This document shows, in pieces, positions 1 to 12,040 of a stretch of 64,000 nucleotides of DNA. The stretch is taken from the NCBI GenBank assembly GCA_036785375.1, contig JAWMAR010002559.1, positions 1 through 64,000 of the forward strand, read 5' to 3'. The DNA comes from Leucoraja ocellata. Taxonomy: Eukaryota. The position numbers and the translations under genes were made by a program. The notes beneath the pieces are model-generated. The model did not search any database and was not told where the DNA came from. It saw nothing but the letters and a program-made list of their open reading frames with translations. Each line of letters starts with the position of its first letter. Position 1 is the first letter of the stretch.

Positions 1-215
1 TGGAACCAGAGCTCAGCGTATTCCACCCCCTCGCCACCCAAAGCTACTAGTGGAGTAGCTCCTCTAGTGACTTTGCTCGCCACTGTGCCCGGTGTCTCCG
101 CTGCTCAGTACCTCCTGCAGGTTGACGTACACGGCCGATTGCTCTTCCCCTCTCCAAGATTCCCCTCCTCCTTTCCGCTCCGCTGGGGCCGGCCCGTTCT
201 CTCCACTCCCGCGCT
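1..215 (-). pseudogene. Copy A terminal cytoplasmic exon (AVYVNL and VEYAEL ITIM), decayed
   Basis: cctttcctaccag acceptor; homologous to 37759-37911 but 1 nt shorter at the start and interrupted by the insertion at 39-75. VEYAEL codons at 26..9 are intact but out of frame. Confidence 0.8.
39..75. mobile_element. 37-bp TIR mini-element (CAAAG...CTTTG) with 8-bp target duplication CTCGCCAC
   Basis: Imperfect hairpin caaagctactagtggag / ctcctctagtgactttg; duplicated flanks at 30-37 and 76-83; empty site at 37771-37778. Confidence 0.8.
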
Positions 216-344
216 CTGGTAGGAAAGGGAAGCAGACGGGCAGTGTGGGTTTAGTACAGTGTGGCCCGGCATTTAATACCATCAGCGAGAAGGTTCACAA
301 CTCCTGAACTCCCGGAGACCCAGGTTCAGACATGTTGTTTATGT

Positions 345-575
345 TCTCCTCTCACACACACTCGCTCTCTCTCCTTCTCTCTCTCTCCACTTCCCCTCTC
401 TCTCTCTCCTCTTTCTCTCTCTCTCTCTGCTCTTCCTCTCTCACGCACTCTGTCTCTCACACTCGTAGTTTCACACTCTCTCTCTCCCCCTCTTGCACTG
501 TCTTCCTCTCTCAAACATTCTCTCACACTCACACCCCTCTCTCACACTACCTCACACTCTCTCACACACACTCAT
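345..575. repeat. (CT)n/(CA)n low-complexity tract (paralog ~38050-38300)
   Basis: Direct inspection. Confidence 0.9.
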
Positions 576-807
576 GAGGTTAGATAAATCAATATTCATA
601 CCCCCGGGTGCTAAATACTTTAATTCCCCTTCCCACACTGACCTTTTGTCCTCGGTCGCCTCCATGACAGAGTGAGGCTAAACACAAATTGGAGGACAGC
701 ATCACATATTCCCTTTGGGCAGCTTACAGCCCAGTGATATGACATTGATTTCCCTCACTTGAGGTAGCCCTGTATTCCCTCTCTCTCCATCCCTCCCCCC
801 CCAAGTA

Positions 808-1385
808 ATATATAATAATAATAATCTTTATTGTCATTGTACAAGACAACAACATTTTGTTGGAGCAGTCTCCAGCTGCCACAGGAATATGAGTATAAAA
901 TACGTTTAAAAAAGAACTATTAAAAAAATTAGACTCTAAACATATAGTAGTATGGGCGGGTGTGTGAGAGAGAGGGGGGGGGAGCAGTTGGGAGGGGATA
1001 GAGTTCAGTAATGTCACAGCTCTATGGTAGAAGCTGATTTTTAGTCTTGTCGTGCGGGCGCTCAGTGTCCTGTATCGTCTTCCTGAGGGCAGGGGGGGTG
1101 AAGAGGCAGTGTCCAGGGTGTGTGCTGTCTCTAATGATGCCCTTGACCCTCCGGATGCAGCAGGTCCGGTAGATGTCCTCCAGTCTGGGGGAGCTGGGTG
1201 CCAGTGATACTCTCCGCAGTCTTAATGACGCGTTGGAGAGCTTTCCTGTTCTCTGCGGTGCAGCCAGATTACCATACTGTGATGCAGTATGTGAGAACTG
1301 ACTCGATGGCTGACCTGTAGAAGCTCACCAGCAGCTGTTGTGGGAGACGTGCCCTCTTCAAGCACCTCAGGAAGTGAAGCCTTTG
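808..1385 (-). mobile_element. Rex1/Babar-like LINE 3' fragment, unit-1-specific
   Basis: Minus strand reads RLHFLRCLKRA...FYRSAIESVLTYCITVW; (TAA)n tail; absent at the paralogous site ~38535. Confidence 0.75.
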
Positions 1386-2074
1386 AAGTCGCACCAGCTT
1401 CTCGTTTTCACCCAACAAACCACTAACAGTGGCCTGTTTCCTTTATCATCGTTACTTTGTTTACATCTATCTTTCATTCATTGTTCTTTATCTCTCTCTA
1501 CATCATCGTCTATATAGAGTCATCCATTGTGGAAACAGGCCCTTCTGCCCAACTTGCCCACACCGGCCAACATGGCCCAGCTACACTAGTCCCACCTGCC
1601 TGCGCTTGGTCCATGTACCTTTCTAACTGTTTCTTAAACGTTGAATAGTCCCAGCCTCAACTACCTCCTCCAGCAGCACGTTCCATACACGCACCACCCT
1701 TTGTGTGAAAAAGTTACCCCTCAGATTTTTTTCCCCTTCACCTTGAACCTATGTCCTCTGGTCCTCGATTCCCCTACTCTGGGCAAGAGACTCTGTGCAT
1801 CTACCCGATCTATTCCTCTCATGATTATATACACATCTATAAGATCACCCCTCATCCCCCTGCGTTTCAAGGAATGGAGTCCCAGCCACCTCAACCTCTC
1901 CCTGTAGCTCAGGCCCCTCGAGTCTTGACCGAAACATCACCTGTTCCTTCTCGTCAGAGATTCTGCCTGTTCCACTGAGTTACTCCAGCTTTTGTACCCA
2001 CGTTTGTATCATCTATAGTTGGGATTAAATACAAAGTTCCACTACCTGATTGGTGGCAGAGTGTGGGCAGTAGA

Positions 2075-2111
2075 TCACATTGGTGTCTTGGTTTCCTGAA
2101 GCATCTTCCTC
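2075..2111 (-). CDS. Copy A cytoplasmic exon, coding part RKMLQETKTPM*
   Basis: The acceptor used in copy B (ctgtag) reads ctgttg here. The next AG (gctgcag) with phase 2 gives a short tail ending at TGA 2075-2077. The exon donor follows position 2046. Confidence 0.6.
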
Positions 2112-3775
2112 CTGCAGCAACAGAAGATCACACCAAGTTTACAGCACATCAGCAAAGTCCAAGTACAAAGTTGCAGTTGTATTAGACGTTGGTCATAAAG
2201 TCATGAGGTTATTAATGATAGGAGCAGAATTAAGTCATTCAGCCCATCAAGTCTACTCTGCATTCAATCATGGCTGATCTAACTCTTCCTCCTACGTACT
2301 GATGAATAACCCTATCTATCGTCTGCTTAAAAATATCCATTGACTTGGCCTCCACAGCCTGCTGCAACAAGGAATTCCACAAATTCACCACCCTCTGAAT
2401 AAAGAATATTCCACTCATCTGCTTCCTGAAGGAACGTCCCTTTAATTCTCAGACTATGACCTCTAGTCTAGACTCTCCCACTTGTGGAAACATCCTCCCC
2501 ACATATTCCGCTCAATCCAAGGCTTTCACTATTCAGTAACGTTTCAATGCATTTAGAGTATTGTGTTCCGTTCTGGGCACCATATTGTCGGGGAGATTTG
2601 TTCAAGCTCGTAGAAAGGGGTGCCGAGAAGATTTACGTGTAGATGTTGCCGAGGACTTCGAGGGCTTGAGCTACAGGGAGAGGATGAGCAAGGCGGCTTC
2701 TCCTATTCCTTGGAGCACAGGAGAGATGAAGGGGGTGATCTTATAGGCGGTGTTTTAAAATCATAGAGAGGAATAGATCAGGTAGACGCACAGAGCATCT
2801 TGCCCTCAGAGTGGGGAATCGTGTGGACCAGAGGACAGAGCTTTAAGGTGTGGGGGGGAAGATTCAATAGGAACCTCAGTGCTAACATTTTCACATAAAA
2901 GGGTAGTGGGTGTATGGAACGAGCTACCCGGAGGAAGTAGTTGAGCCAATGGGAGTAATGTTTAAGAAACATTAGGACAGGTACATGGATGGGACAGGTT
3001 TAGAGGTATATGGGACCAAAACGCAGGCAGGTTGGGGACTAGTGTAGATGGGTCATGTTGGCCGATATGGGCAAGTTGGGCGAAGGACCCATTTCCACTG
3101 TGTGACAACTACAAACAGGGGCCATTGAGTTTTCCAATTTCATGCAACTCCTGCTCTCCTTTCTTCCCCTCTCTCCACCCCACCCCTCCCCCACTCCTAG
3201 TCATCCTCCTAGTTCCACTGTTCGCATCCTTCTATTCTGTCTTTAGCACACCTTCCCCAGCCAGCAAAGGGGCCCATTGTGGGCTCCACCCATCATAAGT
3301 TCAAGGAACAGAATTACGCCATTCGGCCCATCAACTCTACTCCGCAATTCAATCATGGCTGATCCATCTCTCCCTCTCAACCCCATTCTCCTGCCTTCTC
3401 CCCATAACCCTGACTCCCGTACTGATCAAGAACCTATCTATCTCTGCCTTAACCATATTGATTGGCTTGGCCTCCACAGCCTTCCGTGGCAAAGAATTCC
3501 ACAGATTCACCACCCTATGACTGAAAAATTACTCCTGTTCTTCGTCCTTTAGGTAGTCCTTTTAATTCTAAGGCTGTGGCCTCTGGTCCCAGACTATCCC
3601 ACTACTGGAAACATCCTCTCCACATCCACTCTATCCAGGCCATTCACTATTCATTACATTTCAATGAGGTCCCCCCCTCATCCTTCTAAACTCCAGCTAG
3701 TACAGGCCCAGTAAGTGTCAAACGCTCATCATATGTTAACCATTCTCGTAAAAATGTGGATTTATATAAACTTAC

Positions 3776-3875
3776 GGCAGTATATACTTGTAGATGAAGA
3801 ATCCAGCTAGCACAGCGCTCAGTATTATTATCCCTGTTCTGAGCAAAACTTGCATCCAAATACTGAAGCTTTTAT
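3776..3875 (-). CDS. Copy A transmembrane exon, KSFSIWMQVLLRTGIIILSAVLAGFFIYKYILP
   Basis: ttcttacag acceptor (phase 1), CC|gtaagt donor (phase 2), hydrophobic helix with internal Arg (AGA 3838-3840). Confidence 0.85.
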
Positions 3876-5679
3876 CTGTAAGAACAACCAGAGGTGTGTT
3901 TTCAGTTTAATTTATTGTCATGTGTAACGAGGTACAGTGAAAGGCTTTTGTGTCGTGCTATCCAGTCAGCGGAAAGGCAACACATGTTTACAATCGAGCC
4001 GTCCACAGTGTACAGATACAGGACAAAGGGAATAACGTTTAGTGCAAGGTAAAGCCAGCAAAGACCGATCAAAGATAGTCTGAGGATCACCAATGAGGTA
4101 GATAGTAGTTCAGGACTGCTCCCTAATTGTGGTAGAATGGTTCTGTTGCCTGATAACAGCCGGGAAGAAACTGTCCCTGAATCTGGAGGTGTACGTTTTC
4201 ACACCAGTGGGCAAGAGGTACAGATCTCCCTGCCCCTCTCTCCCTCTCTCCCTCTCTGCCTCTCTCTGATCGTAGCTTGTCTTCTGACGTAGGTGCTGTC
4301 ATAGGTTGTCGCCAGGATGATGTAGGTTTACACCGGTGCTGACTAGTGAATTCCATTGGCGACTACCTACGCCAACCGGCGACAGGTGCTGGCGACTGAA
4401 TTATCCAGATGTCTTCAGTTGTCGCCGATAAGGTCGTGGACGTAGGTTGACTTCAGTTGTCGTAGGTTGTCGCCTGTGTGGTCGTAGGTTGTCGTAGTTG
4501 TGGTTGTAGGTGGACGTCCTAATGGGTCGCCGGTTGTCGTTAGCTTGATGTCGACTAGGTGTAGCTTGTCGTAGACATTGTCTTGTGATCAGGCCTCCAG
4601 GAAATTGTATCCCCCCCTATGTGTTAAAAGTGATTTCCGAGAAGAGGGAGTGGCCGGGGTGAGACTTGCCCTTGATAATGCTGCTGGCCTTGTCGAGGCA
4701 GCGTGAGGTGTAGATGGAGTCGATGGTAGGGAGGTTGGTTTGTGCGATGGTCTGGGCTGTGTCCACAACTTTATGTTATTTCTTGTGGTTAGCACACAAC
4801 TAAAGCTTTTCACTGTACCTCGGTACACGTGAAAATAAGCTAAACTGAACTAAACGAACCACAGATACACCTTGAACCATCCCACCACAACCAGAGAGCA
4901 GTGTTGAACTACTATCTACCTTATTGGTGACCCTCGGTCTATCCTTGATCGGACTTTACTGCCTTTACCTTGCACTAAACATTATTCCCTTATCATATAT
5001 GTAAACACTGTAAACAGCTTGATTGTAACCATGTACGGTCTGTACATTGACTGGTTAGCACACAACAAAAGCTTTTCACCGTAGCTCGGCGCACACATGA
5101 CAATAAACTAAACTGTAACGTAGTCATATAGTAGTGTATAAATCATGAGAGGATTAGATTGGGTAGATGCGCAGAGTCTCTTGCCCAGAGTAGGGGAATC
5201 GAACATCAGAAAACATAGGTTTGAGGTGAGGGGAAAAAGATTTAATAGGAATCTAAGGGGTAACTTTTTCACACAGATGGGTGTATGGAATGTGCTGCGA
5301 GAGGCAGTTGAGGCAGAGACTATCCCAACATTTACAAAACAGTTATACAGGTGCATGGATATGACTGGTTTGCAGGGATATGGACCAAGCACAGGCAGGT
5401 GGGACTAGTGTAGCTGGGGCATGTTTGCTGGTGTGGACAAGTTGGGCCAGAGGACCTGTTCCCACAATGTATCACTTTAACACTGTGAAAGGATGTTCAC
5501 ACGGATATGGGCCTGTTTTCATGCAATGTCACTATGACTCAATGATATCTTGCCTGCCGCAGATGTTAGTTTCTAGTTGTTGTGCAAGACGTTGGTGAGA
5601 CCGCATTTGAGGTATTGCGTCCAGTTTTAGTCACACTGCTCTAGGACGGAAGCTGGAAAGAGTGCAGAGAAGATTCATG

Positions 5680-8470
5680 ACAATAGACAATAGGTGCAGG
5701 AGTAGGCCATTCGACCCTTCGAGCCAGTACCGCCATTCAATGTGATCATGGCTGATCATCCACATTCAGTACCCCGTTCCTGCCTTCTCACCATATCCCT
5801 TGACTCCGCTATCTTTAAGAGCTCTATCTAACTCTCTCTTGAAAGCATCCAGAGAATTGGCCTCCACTGCTTTCTGAGGCAGAGAATTCTACAGATTCAC
5901 AATTCTCCGGGTAAAAAAGTTTTTCCTCATTTCCATTTTAAATGGCCTACCCCTTATTCTTAAACTGTGGCCCCTGGTTCTGGACTCCCGCAACAGGAAC
6001 ATTTTTCCTGCCTCTAGCGTGTTCAATCCCTTCATTATCTTACATGTTTCAATAAGATCCCTTCTCATCCTTCTAAATTCCAGTGTATACAAGCCCACCC
6101 GCTTCATTCTATCAACATATGACAGTCCCGCTATCCCGGGAATTAACCTCATGAACCTACGCTGCACTCCCTCAATAGCAAGAATATCTTTCCTCAAATT
6201 TGGAGACCAAAACGGCACACAATACTCCAGGTGTGGTCTCTCCAGGGCCCTGTACATCTGCAGAAGGACCTCTTTGCTCCTATATTCAACACCTGCTGTA
6301 ATGAAGACCAGCATGCCATTGCCGTTATTCGCTGCTTGTTGTACCTGCATGCTTACTTTCAGTGTCTGATGAACAAGATCTCTTTGTACTTCCCCTTTTC
6401 CCAACTTGACACCATTCAGATAATAATCTGCCTTCCTGTTTTTGCCATCAAAGAGGATAACCTCATATTTATCCACGTTAAATTGCATCTGCCATGCACC
6501 CGCCCACTCACCCAACCTGCTGAGGTCACTCAGCATCCTCATAGCATCCTCCTCACAGTTCACACTGCCACCCAGCTTTGTGTCATCTGCATATTTGCTG
6601 ATGGTTCTTTGAATCCCTTCATCTAAATCATTGATGTATATCGTAAATTGCTGCATTCCCAGCGCTGAGCCTTGCGGTACTCCTCTAGTCACTGCCTGCC
6701 ATTCTGAAAGGGACCCGTTAATCCCTACTATTTGTTTCCTGTCTGCCAACCAATTTTATATCCATGTCAGTACCCTACCCCCAATACCATGTGCTCTAAT
6801 TTTGCCACTAATCTCCTATGTGGGACCTTGTCAAATCTATCAACACTATTACTAAAACTCTCATCTTGTCCTCTTCCTGTTTGCGTTGTTTTTAAATTTG
6901 CGCAAAAACGGTACCCAATATCGCTAGGATATATCGCCACCTTACTCACCGTCCTCTGCTCCAAGAGCACCAAATTTTGTTCTGATTACAAAAGTTATGA
7001 AGGTTAAAAAAATTGTGAGATCAGCAGATCGGTCTTCTCGCCTGTCAGTCACCATGAAGGTTACGCCCCTTCTGGCACCCGCTGTTAATCATCGGGCGGG
7101 GCGAGGAGAATAAAGCACCGGAGGCGGGACTGAGTCCTCAAGTCGTGTTGATTGAGTCCTCGAGCCTTGCGGAGAAGGGAGACCAACGAAGTGACCAGCG
7201 CCCGCTGTGAGTCCCCATCGCACCCCCAACCCCTTCCCCTCTGGTCCTCCTCACTGGCTCCCGCACCCCCTCCCCGTAATGCCGCACACTTCTCCATGGC
7301 TCTTCCCCCGTCTTTTCTCTGAGCTCTCTCCCCCCTGTTCACACCCCTCCCTCCCACACCCCCTGCCCACAGACCACTCTCCCCAAAACCCCCCCACATA
7401 CCCCTCACCACCCCTCAACCATTCTCCCCACACACCCTTACCTCCCACACACCCCTCACAACCTCCCTGACGACACACCCCCACAATGCACCCCACACCA
7501 CACCCCCAGCCCACACACCCCTCTCCCCCACAACCGCCCCTCTCCCCTACAACCCCCCCTCCCCCACACAACCCCCCCTCCCCCACACAATATCGCCTCC
7601 TCCCACACAATCCCCCCTCCCCCACACTATCCCCCCTCCCCCACACTATCCCCCCCTCCCCCACACAATACCCCTCCCACAACTCCCGCCTCTCCCCACA
7701 CACACACAAACTCCCTCCCCCCACACACACCCTCCCCCACCTGAAAACCCCTCATCCACAACACCCCCTGCCCACACACAACCCTCCCCCAAACCACTCC
7801 CTCCCCCTCCCACATCCTCCCTCCCTCACCCCACACATACAACACCCCCCTCCTCCCCCACATCCCTCCTCCTCCCCCGTTGGAAACCCCTCCAGCCCAC
7901 ATACACACTTTCTCACCCACCACTCCCCAACACACACTCCCCGTGGTGTTTGGGACCCAATGGGTCCCACTTAGTCTAGTACTTATTGAAAGTCTAGGTA
8001 CACTACATCCACTGGCTCTCCCATGTCCATTTTCCCAGTTACATCCTCAAAAAATTCCAGAAGATTAATCAAGCATGATTTCCCCTTCATAAATCAATGT
8101 GACTCCGACTGATCCTGTTACTGCTATCCAAATGTGCCGCTATTTCATCTTTTACAATTGACTCCAGCACCTTCCCCACCACCTATGTCATGCTAACTGG
8201 TCTATAATTCCTTATTTTCTCTCTCAAACCTTGCTTAAAAAGTGGAAAAACATTATCTACCTTCCAATCCACAGGAACTGATCCTGAATCTATATAACAT
8301 TGGAAAATGATCACCAATGCGTCCACAATTTCTTGAGCCACTTCCATAAGTACCCTGGGATGCAGGTCATCAGGCCCTGGGGATTTATCAGCTTCAGTCC
8401 CATCTGTCTACCCAACACCATTTCCTGCCTAATGTGAATTTCCTTCAGTTCCTCCGTCATCCAAGATCCT
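5680..8470 (-). mobile_element. CR1/L3 LINE fragment split by a Helitron (paralog ~41290-44470)
   Basis: ORF 5889-6749 has GVPQGS, KYADDTKL and RPHLEYC motifs; the CR1 sequence resumes after 7979. Confidence 0.9.
6836..7979 (+). mobile_element. Non-autonomous Helitron with C-rich interior
   Basis: A|TC 5' end, TGGGACCC-AAT-GGGTCCCA hairpin at 7951-7969, CTAG|T 3' end, no TSD. Confidence 0.85.
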
Positions 8471-9066
8471 CTGGCCATGTTGCCATCACTCGAGAATTAG
8501 ACAGGAACACGATGAGGTCAAGTTTGCAGGGGTAAAGGCCAAATGCAGGCAGGTGGGACTGGTGTAGGTGCGACATGTTGATTGGTGTGGACAAGTTGAG
8601 CCGAAGGGCCTGTTTCCACACGGTATGTGTAGGAGTCATTTATGTTTCGGCCAGCTACTGTTGGCATATTATATTAGTTTGTCTAGATATTTCTAGCGCT
8701 ATTATTTTGGACACTTGGTGGCGGTCATTTGATGAATGGAGGGGTGTAACACATGGGCTTAGTGGACAGGGAGTGATTCAGACCAGCTACAGGAGGTGGA
8801 GGGTACACAGTTCACACAGATCGGGAGGACAGGAAGTTACAACTTGTATGAGAATAAAGAGAACCTGGTACATTCATCACTTTGTTTGTACAACTACTTC
8901 AATAAAGAATGACTGGAAGATCTGTTCTGTTTTGGTCTGTGTAAGATCACTCCTACTTACCTGTGTAGTAATGGCAATGGAAAGTTGGACATTGTAAAAG
9001 TTAGAAATGGCCATTACAGTATGACCCTCTGGCTCTCTGACTTCCCTCGCCCATAAATGTCCTCAC

Positions 9067-9360
9067 CTTCCATCGACAGATACACCACGAACATGGCTTC
9101 CCCGTGCCGGTTTCGGACTGAGCACAAGGCCGTCACGTCCTCTCCTCCCCCACCCCCTCTCAGAGTGAGGGAGCCATTCACCAGATGCCCGCTTGCCACC
9201 TGCCAGGTGTGGAGACGTCCCTGGGTTTGATTTCCGCTGAGGTTGGAGAGGGAAAGTTGCCAGGTGAGCTCTCCGGGTGGGTTGCACCTGGCCGCACACA
9301 CACAGGTGACACTCTCAGGTGTGTGAGTGCATCCCGAATCCCGGGAAATCTCTGGCGCAT
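9067..9360 (-). pseudogene. Copy A membrane-proximal Ig4 exon, open frame but acceptor reads TG
   Basis: (Y)APEISRDSGCTHTPESVTCVCAARCNPPGELTW...ALCSVRNRHGEA, 294 nt, donor G|gtgagg. The C-x7-CxC pattern resembles the last Ig domain of MAG/CD33-related Siglecs. Preceded by ccctctccTG instead of AG. Confidence 0.75.
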
Positions 9361-9784
9361 CAGGAGAGGGAGGAACAAGACATGAGAGAGTTGTGAATCT
9401 GTGCAATTATCTGCCGCAGAAGGCAGTGGAGTCCAATTCACTGGATTTTTTTCAAGAGAGAGTTGGATTTAGTGCTTAGGGCTAAAGGAATCAAGGGATA
9501 TGGGGAAAAAGCAGGACTCGGGGATACTGATTTTAGTAGATCAGCCAAGATCATATTGAATGGTGGTGCTGGCTTGAAGGGCCAAATGGCCTACTCCTGC
9601 AGCTATTTTTCTATGTTTCCAGATCAAACGCAAAATGCTGGATTAAACTCAGCGGGACATCACACCAGTCTGAAGGGCCTCGACCCGAAAGGTTGCCCAT
9701 TTCATTCGCTCCATAGATGCTGCCTCACCCGCTGAGTTTCTCCAGCATTGTCTGCTCCAGCATTTTGTGTCTATCTTCAGTAAA

Positions 9785-10245
9785 CGGGACTGATCCAAGA
9801 ACTCTGAGGCCCTGTACAAGAAGGGACAGAGCTTTCTGAGAAGGCTCCGCTCCTTCAACATCTGCAGCAAGAAGCTGCAGATGTTCTACTAATCGGTGGT
9901 GGCCAGTGCCATCTTCTTCGCTGCCGTGTGCCGGGGCAACAGGGCAAAGGCTGCGGATGCCAATGGGATCAACAAGTTCATCAGGAAGGCCGGCTCCATC
10001 CTGGGGGCGTAGTTGGGTTCACGGGAGGTTGGTCTTGGAGGGGAGGATGCTCCTCTAATTGTGGAGCATCCTGGACAATACAGCTCACCCCCTCCGTGAC
10101 ACATTGGTCAACCTGAGGAGCACCTTCAGCAACAGACTGGTTCCACCAAGATGCAGCACAGAACGCCACAGGAGATCCTTCTTCCCTGTGGCTATCAAAC
10201 TGTACAACTCCTCCCCCTTCTGTCGTAGTGTAGACTGAGACTGAC
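9785..10245 (+). mobile_element. Rex1/Babar-like 3' fragment (copies ~44681-44860 and ~46420-46880)
   Basis: LYKKGQS.LRRLRSFNIC...HPLRDTL...RCSTERHRRSFFPVAIKLYN motifs. Confidence 0.75.
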
Positions 10246-10804
10246 TCGTCTCCCCATCGCCCCCCCTCCCACGTAATCTTTGCACAGCCCCCAAGCCTTT
10301 CCACTCGTCACTCTAATTTCATATTTCAAGTATTTTGTGTTTGTGTATTTTGTGTATTTAGTTCTCTCCTGGGATATATAAAGTTCTATTGTGTCGTATC
10401 GTATTGTAAAAGTTGCCCTGCACATCTCCTTTACAATTTTCCCCTCTCACCTTAAAGCTCTGCCCTCTCAACCTTGACATTTGCACCATGTGAAAAAGAT
10501 TCTGACTGTCTACCTTCTCAATGCAACTCATAGTTTTATATATTTCTATCAGGTCTCCCCTCAGCCCTTCAATTGGGTGGTGAATCTGTGGAATTCTTTG
10601 CCACAGACGGCAGTGGAGGCCAAGTCAGTGGTTATATTTAAGGCAGTGATAGATGGATTATTGATTAGTACAGGTGTCAGAGGTTATGGGGTGAAGGCAG
10701 GGGAATGGGGCAGGGGAGGGAGAAATAGATCAGCCATGATCGAATGGCAGTAGACTTGATGGGCCGAATGGCCTTATTGTGCTCCCATCACTTGTGAACA
10801 TGAA

Positions 10805-11725
10805 CCCTCCACCACCATAGATGAGGCTCGCACCAGGGTCTCATCCATACCCCGCAACACTGCTCTCTCTCCCCATCCCCGCACTCGCAACAAGGGCAGA
10901 GTCCCCCTGGTCCTCACCTTTCACCCCACCAGCCGGCAAATACAACACATAATCCTCGGCCATTTCTGCCACCTCCAACGTGACCCCACCACTCGCCACA
11001 TCTTCCCATCTCCCCCTATGTCTGCCTTCCGCAAAGACCGCTCCCTCCACAACTCCCTTGTCAATTATTCCCTTCCCTCCCACGCCACCCACTCCCCGGG
11101 CACTTTCCGTTGCAACCGCAAGAAATGCAACACCTGTCCCTTCACCTTCCCCCTCGACTCCATTCAAGGACCCAAGCAGTCGTTCCAGGTGCGACAAAGG
11201 TTCACCTGTATCTCCTCCAACCTCATCTACTGCATCCGCTGCTCTAGATGTCAGCTGATTTACATCGGGGAGACTAAGCGGAGGTTGGGCGATCGTTTCG
11301 CCGAACGCCTCCGCTCAGTCCGCAATAACCTACCTGAACTCCCGGTTGCTCAGCACTTCAACTCCCCCTCCCATTCCCAATCCGACCTCTCTGTCCTGGG
11401 TCTCCTCCATTGCCAGAGTGAGCAACAACGGAAATTGGAGGAACAGCACCTCATATTCCGCCTGGGTTGCTTGCGTCCGGATAGCATGAACATTGAATTG
11501 TCCCAATTTTGCTAGACATTGCTGTCTCCTCCCCTTCCTTAACCATCGAGCTGTCTCCTCCCATCCCCCCACCCTCGGGCTCCTCCTCCTCCCTTTTTCC
11601 TTCCTTCTTCCCCCCCCCACCCCCCATCAGTCTGAAGAAGGGTTTCGGCCTGAAACGTTGCCTATTTCCTTCGCTCCATAGATGCTGCTGCACCCGCTGA
11701 GTTTCTCCAGCAATTTTGTGTACCA
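10805..11725 (+). mobile_element. Penelope-like element 3' part (GIY-YIG endonuclease), unit-1-specific
   Basis: ORF 11018-11515: CNRKKCNTC...NLIYCIRCSRCQLIYIGETKRRLGDRF...VAQHFN; absent at ~47435. Confidence 0.9.
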
Positions 11726-11736
11726 ACCTCTTTTTT

Positions 11737-12040
11737 TAGTTTAGTTTAGAGATACAGTATGGAAACAGGCCCTTCGGCCCACCGTGTCCACGCTGACCAG
11801 CGATCCCGACACATATACTATCCTGCACACACTAGGGACAATTTACAAATATACCAAGCCAATTAACCTGCACACCTGTATATCTTTGGAGTTTGGGAGG
11901 AAACCGGAGCACCCGAAGAAAACCCACGTAGGTTATGGGATGAACTTGCCAACTCCGTACCGACAAGCACCCTTAGTGAGGATTGAACCTGGCTCTCTGG
12001 TGCTGTGAGGCAGCAACTCTACCGTTGAACCACTGTGTGC
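11737..12040 (-). mobile_element. tRNA-derived SINE with CR1-like tail (related copies ~16870, 27515-27895, 47465-47770, 58445-58710)
   Basis: Head resembling ...gcacacagtggttcaacggtagagttgctgcctcacagc..., tail (TAAAC)n. Confidence 0.75.

Noticed and set aside
5889-6749. RT-like ORFs as host genes or active elements
   Set aside because: Truncated and frameshifted LINE and Penelope fragments; none is full length.
8575-8997. 140-aa plus-strand ORF
   Set aside because: No recognisable motif, starts in repeat sequence, and mostly deleted in unit 2.
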